From NCBI GenBank assembly GCA_963823665.1, contig CAWGMQ010000004.1, positions 2,688,001 to 2,752,000 of the forward strand: a stretch of DNA of 64,000 bases, read 5' to 3'. A program made the position numbers and the translations under genes. This DNA is from an uncultured Planctomycetota bacterium. Its GTDB lineage: Bacteria > Planctomycetota > Planctomycetia > Isosphaerales > Isosphaeraceae. This document shows, piece by piece, positions 28,898-40,132 of the stretch. Below the pieces are notes generated by a model. That model worked only from the letters and a program-made list of their open reading frames with translations, ran no database searches and was not told the DNA's origin. Within the stretch, counting starts at the first letter, position 1, and each line of letters opens with the position of its first letter.

Positions 28898-30112
28898 TCA
28901 GCGCGAGCCCAGCCGTATTGCTTCCATGGGCAAGAGGCGGGCCGCCCGCCACGCGGGATAAAGGCCTCCACATGTTCCCATCAGCACCGAGAGACCGATT
29001 CCCAGCACCAGCAGCGACGGCGTCAAGCCCAGACGAATGCCCGCATCCGCGACGAACTGGTTGATCACGATCGTCCCGACGGCAGCGAGCAAACAGCCTC
29101 CCACGCCGGCGAGGAGGCCGAGATACGCGCTCTCGAGCGTCACGAGCGCCAGGATATTGCCTTGCGACCAGCCGTTGGTCCGCAGCACGCCGAATTCTGC
29201 GAACCGTTCGGTCGTGCTCATGAGCATCGTGTTGATGATGCCCACAATCCCCACGACGAGCGCCAGGCTCACCGTCATCAACAAGAATGAGTCGACCTGG
29301 CCCATCAACGAGCCGAAATTGGCCTGGGCCTCGTTCATGCTTCGCGCATCGATGCCCGGATGCGCCTGCTCGATCGTCTTCGCGAGCGCCGTGTTCTGCG
29401 CGGGATCAGTTCCCTCGATGTAGATACAGGAGACTGATTCCTTGGGCTCGTTCACAACGCTCCGCGCCGTCCCGATATCCATCACGATGACGACGTCGAG
29501 AATCATCGAGCCGGTTTCGTACAGACCGATGATGTCGAACGGTTTGCCGCCGATTGAGATCTTGTCGCCAACCTTCTTGGGGTTACCTTTGGCGTCGGGA
29601 TGCTGCTTGGCGATTTTCCGGCTGATCACCACCCGGTTCGTGCCTTCATCTCCCGGCTCCAGGAACCGGCCCTCGCCGTTTTCCTTCAGTGCCCGGGGAA
29701 ACACCGCACTCCTCAGGTTTTGATGCGCGACGATGTCCTGGCCGGCAATCACCGGCTTGTCGAGGAACGAATTCAACCCCTGCCCGGCCATGAGATTCCT
29801 GAGTATCATGCCGCGCCCCTCGATCGGCGGCGCCAGCCCCCAGACTTCCGGCGCGACAGCGCGAACCCCCGGCGTCTTCCGAAGCTGGTCAGCCAGCGAG
29901 GCCGGCACGTGGCTCAACACCGGGCTGAGCATGTCCTCGCGTAGAACGAGGAGCCCCTCGATGCGGCTGAGAGTCGTGCCGACCAAGTCGCGCAGACCAT
30001 TCGATAAACAGAAAAGCCCAAGGATACCCAGTATCGGTATCGATAACCCAATAAGCGCCAAGAACGTACGCAACGGTCGGGTCAACAGATTTCGCCAGGC
30101 AAATACACCCAT
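28898..30112 (-). CDS. ABC transporter permease (FtsX/MacB-like)
   Basis: N-terminal TM, periplasmic domain, GIINTMLMSTTER..EFGVLR, YPAWRAARL. Confidence 0.93.
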   Translation of the reverse strand: MGVFAWRNLLTRPLRTFLALIGLSIPILGILGLFCLSNGLRDLVGTTLSRIEGLLVLREDMLSPVLSHVPASLADQLRKTPGVRAVAPEVWGLAPPIEGRGMILRNLMAGQGLNSFLDKPVIAGQDIVAHQNLRSAVFPRALKENGEGRFLEPGDEGTNRVVISRKIAKQHPDAKGNPKKVGDKISIGGKPFDIIGLYETGSMILDVVIVMDIGTARSVVNEPKESVSCIYIEGTDPAQNTALAKTIEQAHPGIDARSMNEAQANFGSLMGQVDSFLLMTVSLALVVGIVGIINTMLMSTTERFAEFGVLRTNGWSQGNILALVTLESAYLGLLAGVGGCLLAAVGTIVINQFVADAGIRLGLTPSLLVLGIGLSVLMGTCGGLYPAWRAARLLPMEAIRLGSR

Positions 30113-30439
30113 AAGTCGTCCGTCAAAGTACCACGGCGATCACTAACCGTCGTCGCCATCCGGTGAGGTCATTTTCGCTGCGCCAACTGCGGAGATTATA
30201 GTCCCGCCCTTGAAGCCGCATAAGGCGAGCCAATCCCCGCAAACGCAGGAACCTCGTTGCCATCCTGAAGATCGTGAATCCTTTCCGAAAGCGCCGCCTT
30301 TGCGCATTTCCCCGCTCTCCATAGTATCATACATGATATCTTGCGCTTTAGCACGACCCAGTGCTATCTTACGAGAGTCAGTCAAGCGATCGATTCTGAT
30401 TGATGTTTGTATGAGGCGAAAACCTTTATAGAGAAGAGC

Positions 30440-33400
30440 TTACGACGAGGTTGAATTCGTTTGGTCTTGAGGTTCGTTTGTGGCTGGGCTCGGGGTCTGC
30501 GCGAATTCGGGTTGTTCAGCAGGCGGTCTTTCGCTGTCGGCGGGGGCAGGGGCGGGAGAAGGTGCGGGTGTCGCGCCGATTTCAGGGCGATCGCTTACAG
30601 CATCGGTGATATCGTCGGTCCGTGCTTCCCAAAGTTGCTTGAGCTGGCCGAACGTTCGGAGCGGAACGTTGCCCTCGAGGGCTTCCTTGGAGAGTGGGGG
30701 CGGTGGCGCGGCAGGGCGGCGCGGTGGGCGGTTCTGACCGTGGTCGCTCTGTCCGCGGTCCAGCCGGGGTGGCCGGCCTGCGTTGGGCCCTGGAGCCGGC
30801 CCACGCGGGCCGCCGCGGCCAGGAGGTGGTCCGGATCCGCCGTGTCGTGGAGGGCCACCGCGATAATCCTGGTGCGGTGAGCCTCCACCCGCGGATGTTG
30901 CCGGCGAACGCTGTTCAGAACCACGCGGCCCTCCCGGACCGGGGCGCTCTCGGTCATTGCGTCGAAGGGGTGCATCCGGGAGCACTGCCACAGATGGTGC
31001 ACCCACCGGGGGAGCGGTGAGCGCCGAGGTTGTCGGCCTGGGGGGGCGGGCGCCGCCGCGCCGCCCCTGCGGGCCCTGCCCCTCGCGCTGTTCACCATCG
31101 GGAGCACCGCCACGGCGTCCGCCGGGCGGCCCGCCGCGCTGGCGCTCGGTGCCTGGCTTGACCATCGTCAGCGAAACGCGCTTGCGTTCGTGATCGACGC
31201 CCATCACCCACACGGTCACCACATCGCCCACGCTCACCATGTCGTGCGGGTTCTTCACGTACCGATTCGCGAGCTGGCTGATGTGAACGAGCCCGGAATC
31301 CTTGAGCCCGATATCCACGAACGCCCCGAAATCGACGACATTGAGCACCGTCCCCTTCAGCTCCATGCCGGTCGCGAGGTCTTCGATCTTCAAGATCCCC
31401 TTCTTGAAGATCGGCTTGGGAAGATCGTCGCGCGGGTCACGTTCGGGGCGTGAGAGAGCGTCGATGATGTCGCGGAGCGTGAACTCGCCCGTTTCCAGCT
31501 CCCGGGCCAGCTCGCTCACGTTCACGAGGGCCAGCTTGGCGCGCAAGTCCGCCAGCTTTTCCTTGTCGCGAACCGCTTCTGGCTCGCAGCCGACCTTTTC
31601 GAGCAGCCGCTTGGCGACCTCGTAGCTTTCCGGGTGGACCCAGGTTCGGTCCAGCGGTTGCTCGCCGTCCTGGATCTTCAGGAACCCGGCCGCCTGCGTG
31701 AACGATGCCGGGCCGATTCCCTCGATCTGCTGCAACTGCTCTCGCGTGGCGAACGGCCCGTGATCCTTGCGGTAGTCAACAATTCGCCGCGCGGTGAGCT
31801 GATTGAGCCCGGAAACGTGACGGAGCAGGGGAACACTGGCCGTGTTCACGTCCACGCCCACGAAATTCACGCAGCTCGAGATTACCGTATCGAGAGATTC
31901 CTTGAGATGCTTGGGATTGATGTCGTGCTGGTAGAGACCCACGCCGATATTCTGGGGCTCGATCTTCACCAGCTCGGATAACGGGTCTTGCAGCCGGCGG
32001 CCGATCGAGATACCGCTGCGCAAGGTTGCGTCTGCATCGGGGAGCTCATCTCGGCCAACCTGGCTTGTTGAGTACACGCTCGCGCCGGCCTCGTTCACGA
32101 CAACGTACAAGAGCTGCGCGATCTGAGCGTCGGCCGTATGCGGCCGGGGCGGTGCCTGCGGCGGGGGCGTTCCCTGTGGGGCAGTGTTTCTCGGAGGCTT
32201 TGGCCCGCGAGAGCGAGACGAGTCAGACCTTCCACGGCCTCCCCCGCGAGAGCCGCGCAAAGGCGGAGTCGAAGAAGCTGGGCCGCCCGCCGGTTTTTTG
32301 CCCCGATCGGCCTGCTTGTTCGCTGGACTGGGTACGGCCGGCTGTGCCGATTCGCCGGCCGATGTCTGCATAGTCTCGCCGACGGCGGCACCCTCGTGCG
32401 CGGCTTCAGGCGATTCGCTCGCGCCCACCTCTGGCCCCGGCGCGTCGATACCCTCCGACTCGACCGCGTTCACACCATGATTCACGTTGCTCGTCTCGCC
32501 AGTCGATTCGGCCGCGGGCCCGGCTTCAATCGGCCGGGGCTCGTGGGTACTAACCCCGGAAGTATCGATGTCGTCCCCCCCACTCGGCCCGGTCTCCGCT
32601 GCAATGTCCGCCTCCGGCATCGACGACTCCGGCGCACCGCCGGAGATGGGCGGCAAGGCCCCGACCGGCGTATCCGCGACTGTCGGCCCGTGTGGGTGCG
32701 CCGGCGCATGATCGTTGTCGCCGGCCCCGGCCTCATGCGCGGTGGCATGATTCGCGGCAGCCTCGGAAAGGGACGCCTCGGGCGCGCTTTCGGCCGTCAC
32801 TTCGGGCTCGGCCGGCGTGATTGCCTCCTCCGCAGAAGCCGGAGCAGCCTCTTGCGCGGCAGGCTCAACCGCGGCCTGCGCCTCGGCGCAACCAAGGGCG
32901 GAGACGATGGTTCGACTGATGCTGCCGCCGCTGCCGCCGCTGCCGCCGCCTGAGCACGTGCGGCCGCGGCTTGCTTCTGTCTTGCGGCTTGTTCCTGTCG
33001 TGCAGCCTGTTCTTTTGCAGCCAGTTCCTTCATGGCCTGCTCGTGTTTCGCGGTCTCTTCCAGCGCGGCGGCCGCGGCCTCCGGGTCCGTGCTGAACAGG
33101 GTTCCCTCGGCGATGATCTCGGCGACGAGCTCCTCGGTCTCGCGGCAGGCCGTGCCGTTCCCGATGGCGACCACGCCCACTTCGTGCTTGGCGACCAGGT
33201 CTTTCAGGAAGACCTTGGCATCCGACCGCCTGCACTGTGGCGAATGGGGGTAGATCACGCCTTGGTCCAGTAGATTGCCGCCGCGGTCAAGCACCGCGAC
33301 CTTGCAGCCGGTTCGGAATCCAGGATCGATGGCCAGCACGACTTGCTTGGGAATCGGCGGCTGGAGCAGCAGGCTGCGCAAATTCCTTGCGAAAACTTCG

Positions 33401-34305
33401 ATTGCATGCCGCTCGGAGCCTTCGGTCAGCTCCCTCCGGACCTCGCGCTCCATGCTGGGCACGATCAGCCGGTCCAAGGCGTCGATCGCCGCGCCACGAA
33501 AGAGCTCGGCGTGGGGATGGGCGTCCAGCGGAAGCTGTGCGAACAGAGCGGCCTCGACCTCGGGCCGCGGCAGTTCCAGCCGCACCTTGAGCGGGCCTTC
33601 CTTGTCGCCCCGGTTGATCGCAAGCACCCGGTGCGGTGGGATCTGGGCCACCGGCTCGGAATAGTCGAAATAATCCCGGTACTCGAGCCCTTGGCCTTCG
33701 GGAATCTCGGCCTTCGAGGTGACGATCTTGCCGGTTTTCCAGATGAGCCGGCGGATCGCATCGCGCACGGCCGCCATTTCACTGATGGCCTCGGCAAGGA
33801 TGTGACCGACACCCTCGAGCACTTTTTCGGTCGATTCCAACCCCTTTTCCGCGTTGACGAATTCCTGGGCTGCGGCCGCCAGCTCAGTGAGAGTCTCGTC
33901 ACGCGTCCAGATCCGGAACGCCAGAGGCTCGAGGCCCTTTTCCCGGGCGTCGGAGGCCTTGCTTCGCTTCTTGGGCTTGAACGGAAGATAGAGATCCTCG
34001 AGCCGCTTGGGATTGTCGGCCGCGCGAATCGCAGCGGCCAGATCCGGTGTGAGCTTTCCCTGGGCCTCGATCGTCTTCAGGATCGTCTCTTTACGCTCAG
34101 CAAGGTCGCGCAGGCGCTGGACGCGAGCCTGGATCTCGCCGACGACCACCTCGTTGAGGTTGCCGGTCGCCTCTTTGCGATATCGCGTGATGAAGGGAAC
34201 CGTGTTCCCGTCATCCAGGAGTCCAACGACGCTCTCGACCTGTGAGCGCCGAATTTGCAGATCCTGCGCGATACGACCCAGGTCCACCTGAATCGGGTTG
34301 GCCAT
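30440..34305 (-). CDS. tex: Tex-family transcription accessory protein (YqgF, HhH, S1) with large low-complexity insertion; frameshift near 32888
   Basis: GNTVPFITRYRKE, LEDLYLPFKPK, IDPGFRTGCK, AIGNGTACRETE, VNEAGASVYS, IGRRLQDPL, IGVGLYQHD, FGAFVDIG..GLVHISQL. Confidence 0.9.
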
Positions 34306-34457
34306 GTAGATTCGACTCGGCACCTGGTGAGACAAGAGCGGCGGCGACATGTCCGTCCGATACGAGGCATCGCCAGAAACTCTCACCATATCGGCGAGGC
34401 GCTGGCATTGCTCAAGGTGAGCGCACGTAGACACTTACCCATCAAAAGAGTTCGGTC

Positions 34458-34486
34458 ACTGTAGAGGATCGAACGTGCCTTGTCAA
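34458..34486 (-). promoter_or_regulatory. Sigma70-type promoter for tex
   Basis: TTGACA, 17 bp, TACAGT on minus strand. Confidence 0.55.
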
Positions 34487-34779
34487 GCGTGCGTGCTCAG
34501 GCGCACGGGGCCCTCGAGAGCCGGATTAACGGCGGCGGGGTTTCCTGGCGCGCCTCGGCAGGGCAGTCAGATTCATATGTTTGTTGCCGCACCGCCTCGG
34601 AACGTCGAAGCCGATGGATCGCGTTGCTCGGGCCCAACCCGCGACCTGGCAGACCGTCTCGAGGCCGGCCTCTGGCGATGCTCTCACGCGTGGGGTAAGC
34701 TCGCTCGACCGGCCGGTCGGTTTGACCAGATCGTTAGAGGTTACGCGGTTCAATTCGACGAACGGGGAGATCTAATACG

Positions 34780-35340
34780 ATGTCCGCCATAACGCAGAAT
34801 CGACGCATCGGGTTATTCACCGTGGGTTTGGCGCTCCTTGCCGTATCGGGTTGTATTCGGGAATCCGACGAACAGGGAGCGCATGTTATTCAATTCGCGT
34901 TGTGGGTTCCCGCCGCGATCTTTCTCGGCGGGATAGCTGCTGGTGCGGCCGGTTTTTTTCTTCGAAAGCACAACACGCGGTTTGGGTGGGGTTTGATGAT
35001 CGCGGGGCCTTTCATCGGGCTTGGCATCGGGCCGTCGATGATGTTCGAACGCGCCTCGGTCAGCAAAGAGGCGTTCGAGTTTCAAACCGGCATCTACGGA
35101 GGGACTGTCGTTCCGAAAACGCAATTTGCGGACCTCACGCAGATTCGCATGCTGGCCGAGACCACGCGAACTCGGCGCGGGGGGACGAGCACCAGTCACC
35201 ATCTGATGTGTGAAAAGAAGTCAGGCGGCGAGGTGCGCGTACCCTACAATAACGACGTCGCTCGCAAAGGCGTGGAGCTCGTTCTCAGAGAAGCGGCGGC
35301 CCGCGATATTCCGATTCTCGACCAGACCGGCGGGAAGTAG
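34780..35340 (+). CDS. Hypothetical membrane protein/lipoprotein
   Basis: Lipobox-like LAVSGC, two TMs, beta-rich C-terminus; GGGGAG RBS. Confidence 0.65.
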   Translation: MSAITQNRRIGLFTVGLALLAVSGCIRESDEQGAHVIQFALWVPAAIFLGGIAAGAAGFFLRKHNTRFGWGLMIAGPFIGLGIGPSMMFERASVSKEAFEFQTGIYGGTVVPKTQFADLTQIRMLAETTRTRRGGTSTSHHLMCEKKSGGEVRVPYNNDVARKGVELVLREAAARDIPILDQTGGK

Positions 35341-35345
35341 TGCGG

Positions 35346-38300
35346 TCACACGCTTTCGGATCCGGACGTCACGCTGAATGCTCGGCCCACTTGGTGGTTC
35401 TGCCCCGGCACATCGAATCGCGGTGGCCCCGGAGTCGGCTCGAGCCCCGCTTGATCTGTTCGGATGTACCCTCCCAGGCTCCAGACCAGCTCGCAGTTGT
35501 GCTGAAGGTCGAGCATGGTCAGGGTCTGGACCGCGCGGAGAACCAGGATCTGGTCGCTCCACAGGTCGGTTCGCAAGAGGACGTCGCGCATCCTAGACTG
35601 CACGACAGCCCATGGATCGCGTGAGCCCTGGCCCAGCACCACTTTGACCCAGCCGCGGGTCATTCGGCGGTGCCGCTTGAGGTAGGCTGTGATTCGCCGG
35701 CGGGAGGCTGCGTCGTAGGATGGAAAGCACGGTAGCTCGAAGAGGTCGGAAAGCGGCCGCCTTTTTCGCCGATGTACGGGATGCCAGAGTGTGCGGATAT
35801 TGACGATCGGATCGGGCAGCCTGGGCGGGAGCTTCCTCACGTCTTGCCGCCCATCGCAGGAGTACTCCATAACGGCCTTGAGCCCCTCGAGCGACAAGGC
35901 AAGGGTCGAGATATCGTCGTGGTCAAGGATGCAGGCTGCCACCAGCGCGCGCAGGGCCTCGCCGCCGCGATTGGCCAGGTAGGGAATCTCGTCGGCGAGA
36001 TAACCGGGGAGCAAGTCGAACGTCCAGCCGAAGCGATGCACCCAGCGGTGCACCCATTCCAGCCGCTTCTGATGCTGCCGGCGAAACTGCTCGGCGATGA
36101 TGCGGTCCTGCCGTGTCGCCCCGATGTAGTCGAGATCGGCCTCCATGAGCAGCTCGCCCGCGAGGCTTTCGGGCGCGGTCGGAAGCTTGAGCCCCATGTA
36201 CTCGACGTCGAAGCGGGCTCGCAGCCAGAGCGAGCCCATGAAGACAGGCTTGCGCATGCGATGGATCTTGCGCAAGGCGGCCCAGTAGGCATCAGCCGGA
36301 ACAACCTGCTGGCGGTCGACCTGAGGATGCAGGATCTCGTGCACGACACGCAGAATGCTGCGGAAACCGGCCGCGACGGCCTTTCCCAGCACGGCGAGGA
36401 GGACGAGAGGAAGCAGCACGATACGCCCGCCGGAGAGGTGGGCCTGATAGAATCCGAACGGGTTGAACGTGCGAGCAGTCAAGGGCAGCTCGTGCAGTGG
36501 AAAACTGCGGAAAGCCCGCCGGACATTCTGCTGCCGGTCGCGCCTCACAAGCTCGGCAACCTGCGGCCCGAAGCGAGCGTGAATCTCACAATCGCGCTCG
36601 GGGTCGTCTCCGAGAAAGTCGACGGCGGTGAACTCGACGGTCTCCAGAAAGGCCCCGGCCTCTTTGCGGAGGGTGCCTTCCGTTCCCACACGCGCGGTTT
36701 CACTTGCTCCAACCCGATGGATAGAGCTACCTTCCGGTACCGTATGGGGCGTCGAGAGCTCGGGCACCCATACCTCATCCGGGTCGATCTTCAGCCGGTC
36801 CGCCAGCCAGTTCCGGAACTTCTGGCGTACCGAAGGGGGCGAGCAGGCCAGGCGATCGAGCGGGATGGCGTGGCGGTTGTAGTCGAGCAAGAGCAGGGCC
36901 GTTTCCTGCACGAGCATTCGCGTGATGTAGTTGAACCAGAGATACGGGCCGCCGAAAAGGCCGCCGGCGCGGCTCAAGTCGAGCCGGTCGATGGTGCGGC
37001 CTTCTCGCAGCAAGTGCCCCAGGTGACTTCGCCGCAGGTTGCTGAGAGCCAGGTTCCCCAGGAGCTGAACCGAAGCCTTGGTGTCGCTGCGGTGGAGCGG
37101 CGATCCGTCGAGATAGTCCTGGTAGAGCAAGCGAACGTTCCGCAGGAACGCCAGCTCGCGGTTCTCGAACCAGGCAGGTTCGCTGCCTCCGGCTTCCTCG
37201 TCATGACCGGAGCCGTTGCGATGGATGGGTCTGTCGTCCGACTGCCGCAACAGCAGCTCGGGATTGATCACTCGCTGGCTGAGAAACTGCGAATCGTGGT
37301 CGCGACGGCGGGATTTGAGGGCCTTCGTGTGAGTGGCAAATTGGGCCTCGACCACCCGCTCGCAAAAATCAGCCGACTGATTGGCGATCTTGCGAAACCA
37401 CGCGCCGAGCAGCCAGAAAACCAGACAGATCACCCCGAGGATGATCACCGGCCAACCCAGGAGGGTCTGCACCTTGTCGACGACCTTCACGAACGGCGTG
37501 AAGAACGGCAGCGAGTTCACGATCAGGTAAAGAAAGAGAAACGCCGATCCCAGCCAGAGCAATCGCTTGGCGGGTGTCCGCGTGGCGTTGACGATCGTCG
37601 CACCCAGCCGGTCCAGGAAAACGGGAGGCGACAGCGTGCCGTGCAGATCGGCGAAGAAGTAGACGACGTCGAGGCCGCGCTGCATTGAGTGGCCGAGATA
37701 ATTGGCAGCCAGCGCCACGGCTTCTGCCGGGCTTTTTTCGCGGTAGGCAACCAGTCTGCGCACGAACGGCAGGCGTCGCACCAGGGGAAGATCGAAGAGG
37801 CGGACATAGCGATCGATTGCTTTCACGGCCGCGGGCCCGATCTGGTCGAGTAGCCGTTCCGGGGTCATCTGGATCAGGCGCTCGACGACCGCCTCGACGG
37901 GTATTTCGCGGCTCGTTGTTTCCGGAACGTCATCGGCCAGGGCAGGATCCGGCAAGCTCTCGACCCGGCGCTCCAGATCGAAGAGCACCCGCTCAGAAAA
38001 CCTGCGAGCTTGGTCGCGGTCCAGCCGCGCCACCGCGCTAACGCGGGCGTGCTCCAGCTCGCTGCGGAGAGCGATCAAGCGATGGCGCTCGCTTGATTCC
38101 GGTTTCTGGGCGTGCAGCGGCTCGAATAGCACGATGTTGCGGTTGAGGAGTTTGCCCATGCGGCGCACCAGACGATCGAGGAGGCGCAGCAGCACGAGCC
38201 CGACCCGCGCGAGCCTCAAGACCGGCAGGATCACCCGCAGAAACCGGAACGACCGGGCCACCCGTGCGATCCGGGCCGGCCCCCACCACGCCGAGCCGAG

Positions 38301-39947
38301 GCCGTCGGGCGCGCTCAGCAGGTCGCCCATTCGTTCCAGCTCGATCTGATGTGCGACGAATCCGAAAGGCAGCGAGGCCAGCAGATCGATCAGGACGTGG
38401 CGGAGCAAATAGCTGGTCCGGTGCGGCGCCAGCGCGAGCTTGAGCGTGAATTCGAACAGGAACACCGAGCAAACCGCCAGATCGGCCCAGGCGAAGAACA
38501 CGTGCTGTGCAGCCGAGAGCCCGCGTGGGCGCGCGCGCTCCAGCACCACCTCGGCCGCGATCAGACCGAATAGCACGAGGATGAGCACGAGCACGGTGTT
38601 TTCGAGAGTCGCGACGAATCGGCGTCCGAAGATCTTCTCCATGCGCAGCGTGAGCAGTTTCTCCTGCCAGTCGCGCTCCACCTGGCGGCTGGCGCGGCGG
38701 ACCGACCGCGCCTGCGCTCGCATCCGCTTGCGGGCACGCTCATCGCGCTGCTCCGCCAGAGTCCGCGCCGCCGCCTCGAGATCGCTTTCGGTGGTCGCCT
38801 GTGCCCCGGGCTCACCGACGGGCTCTATACTCACGGCATCCGGAATTGGACCCGGCGATGGGAGGTAGATCTCCTCCGGAAAATCAAGGGCGGCGTGGCG
38901 GCATTGCTCTGCTCGCGGCCACTCGAGGCAAGCTTCCGAGAGCCGCGCCAGGTCGTCGCCGATCAGCTTGAGCCGATCAACCGCGCGACCAAGGCTGATA
39001 TCTTCGAGGAAGGCCATCGTTTCCCCCGCCTCGTCGAGCGCTAGCTGGACGACGCGCTCACCGGGGGCAACCCGGTCGCAGAGGGTAAGCGATGCCATTT
39101 GCTCTCTGGCGGCGAGGGCGAGCTCGTCCCGACGCCGGTCCAGCCTGTCGATCCAATCGGCGCGCTGGCGCGCCAGGCGTGCGTGGAATGCGTCCTGTTC
39201 ACTGCCGTGATCGGTTGCCGTCGCTTGCGCCCGTAATCGCGTCAGGTGAAACCGATGTCCCCAGAGGGCCTCGGGCGTGGAACCCTCGACGGGCCAGGCA
39301 AGCTCGCGCACGATCCGTCGCGAAAGCAAGATCGCCTGCAAGCGCTCGCAGCCTTGGTGGAGCGGGAGATGACTCGGGTCGGGATCATGCCCTGACGCGA
39401 CGTGCAGCGAGGCGCTCAAACGAGCGAGCTCGACGTCGAGCCACGCCGTTGCCGGATCGGGCGCTTCACGATCGAGCCGATCGATGACGGCGCTATGCCA
39501 CTCGAGCTCGTTGCGCAGTCCCTCGATCGCGAGTGCTTTGTGCAGCGGATCCGGGCCGACGGCGGCCGTGATCGACCGAACTGCCGATTTGATTTCGGCC
39601 AGCCATTCTCTGGACCGGCGGGCGAGGAGCTCGTGGCGCTCGTTGCCGGGGACGAGCGTGGTCATCTGGGAGTCGGCGACTTCCTGGAGCTCGGCGAGAG
39701 CAGAGAGCATTTCGCGGCGAGTGTTCTCGATTTCTTCACTCTGGACCGACGAATCAAGGCTTCGGCGCAGGATCAATCCAGTACCGATCAGATCGAGTCG
39801 GTTCGCCAGGCTCTCGGGTCGGGAATCGATGGGCGATTCACAGAGCTTCCTCGCCCGCTCGCACCACTCGGCCGCCTGCGCCTTGATGTCATCCAATCCA
39901 CTGCTCCGTTGCTCTGGCCGACCGGTGATTGAACACCGGCGGCGCAT
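35346..39947 (-). CDS. Large membrane protein with ion-transport (S1-S4 voltage-sensor-like) segment
   Basis: Uninterrupted 1533-aa ORF; ADLAVCSVFLFEFTLKL, IDLLASLPF, RIARVARSFRFLRVILPVLRLARV; start uncertain. Confidence 0.75.
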   Translation of the reverse strand: MRRRCSITGRPEQRSSGLDDIKAQAAEWCERARKLCESPIDSRPESLANRLDLIGTGLILRRSLDSSVQSEEIENTRREMLSALAELQEVADSQMTTLVPGNERHELLARRSREWLAEIKSAVRSITAAVGPDPLHKALAIEGLRNELEWHSAVIDRLDREAPDPATAWLDVELARLSASLHVASGHDPDPSHLPLHQGCERLQAILLSRRIVRELAWPVEGSTPEALWGHRFHLTRLRAQATATDHGSEQDAFHARLARQRADWIDRLDRRRDELALAAREQMASLTLCDRVAPGERVVQLALDEAGETMAFLEDISLGRAVDRLKLIGDDLARLSEACLEWPRAEQCRHAALDFPEEIYLPSPGPIPDAVSIEPVGEPGAQATTESDLEAAARTLAEQRDERARKRMRAQARSVRRASRQVERDWQEKLLTLRMEKIFGRRFVATLENTVLVLILVLFGLIAAEVVLERARPRGLSAAQHVFFAWADLAVCSVFLFEFTLKLALAPHRTSYLLRHVLIDLLASLPFGFVAHQIELERMGDLLSAPDGLGSAWWGPARIARVARSFRFLRVILPVLRLARVGLVLLRLLDRLVRRMGKLLNRNIVLFEPLHAQKPESSERHRLIALRSELEHARVSAVARLDRDQARRFSERVLFDLERRVESLPDPALADDVPETTSREIPVEAVVERLIQMTPERLLDQIGPAAVKAIDRYVRLFDLPLVRRLPFVRRLVAYREKSPAEAVALAANYLGHSMQRGLDVVYFFADLHGTLSPPVFLDRLGATIVNATRTPAKRLLWLGSAFLFLYLIVNSLPFFTPFVKVVDKVQTLLGWPVIILGVICLVFWLLGAWFRKIANQSADFCERVVEAQFATHTKALKSRRRDHDSQFLSQRVINPELLLRQSDDRPIHRNGSGHDEEAGGSEPAWFENRELAFLRNVRLLYQDYLDGSPLHRSDTKASVQLLGNLALSNLRRSHLGHLLREGRTIDRLDLSRAGGLFGGPYLWFNYITRMLVQETALLLLDYNRHAIPLDRLACSPPSVRQKFRNWLADRLKIDPDEVWVPELSTPHTVPEGSSIHRVGASETARVGTEGTLRKEAGAFLETVEFTAVDFLGDDPERDCEIHARFGPQVAELVRRDRQQNVRRAFRSFPLHELPLTARTFNPFGFYQAHLSGGRIVLLPLVLLAVLGKAVAAGFRSILRVVHEILHPQVDRQQVVPADAYWAALRKIHRMRKPVFMGSLWLRARFDVEYMGLKLPTAPESLAGELLMEADLDYIGATRQDRIIAEQFRRQHQKRLEWVHRWVHRFGWTFDLLPGYLADEIPYLANRGGEALRALVAACILDHDDISTLALSLEGLKAVMEYSCDGRQDVRKLPPRLPDPIVNIRTLWHPVHRRKRRPLSDLFELPCFPSYDAASRRRITAYLKRHRRMTRGWVKVVLGQGSRDPWAVVQSRMRDVLLRTDLWSDQILVLRAVQTLTMLDLQHNCELVWSLGGYIRTDQAGLEPTPGPPRFDVPGQNHQVGRAFSVTSGSESV

Positions 39948-40132
39948 CGGTTCGAATTCTACTCGTTTGCCGCGCGCTCTTCCACGAACGGCACGGACGC
40001 TGGCGGCGAAGTTGGCTTGTCGATGGGTGGAACATGGCTTAATCTGCTGCTCTCGTGGATCGTCGTGAATCTACGGACGGGTGCCGGCCACGTCTGTCGA
40101 CGCAGTCAAACACCGACCATGGAAGGAAGCGA

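Noticed and set aside
35772..37688. Long antisense ORFs (also 10472-11518, 33343-34245, 42967-43938, 56986-58011, 57849-59009)
   Set aside because: Shadow frames opposite well-supported genes, as expected in high-GC DNA; no motifs
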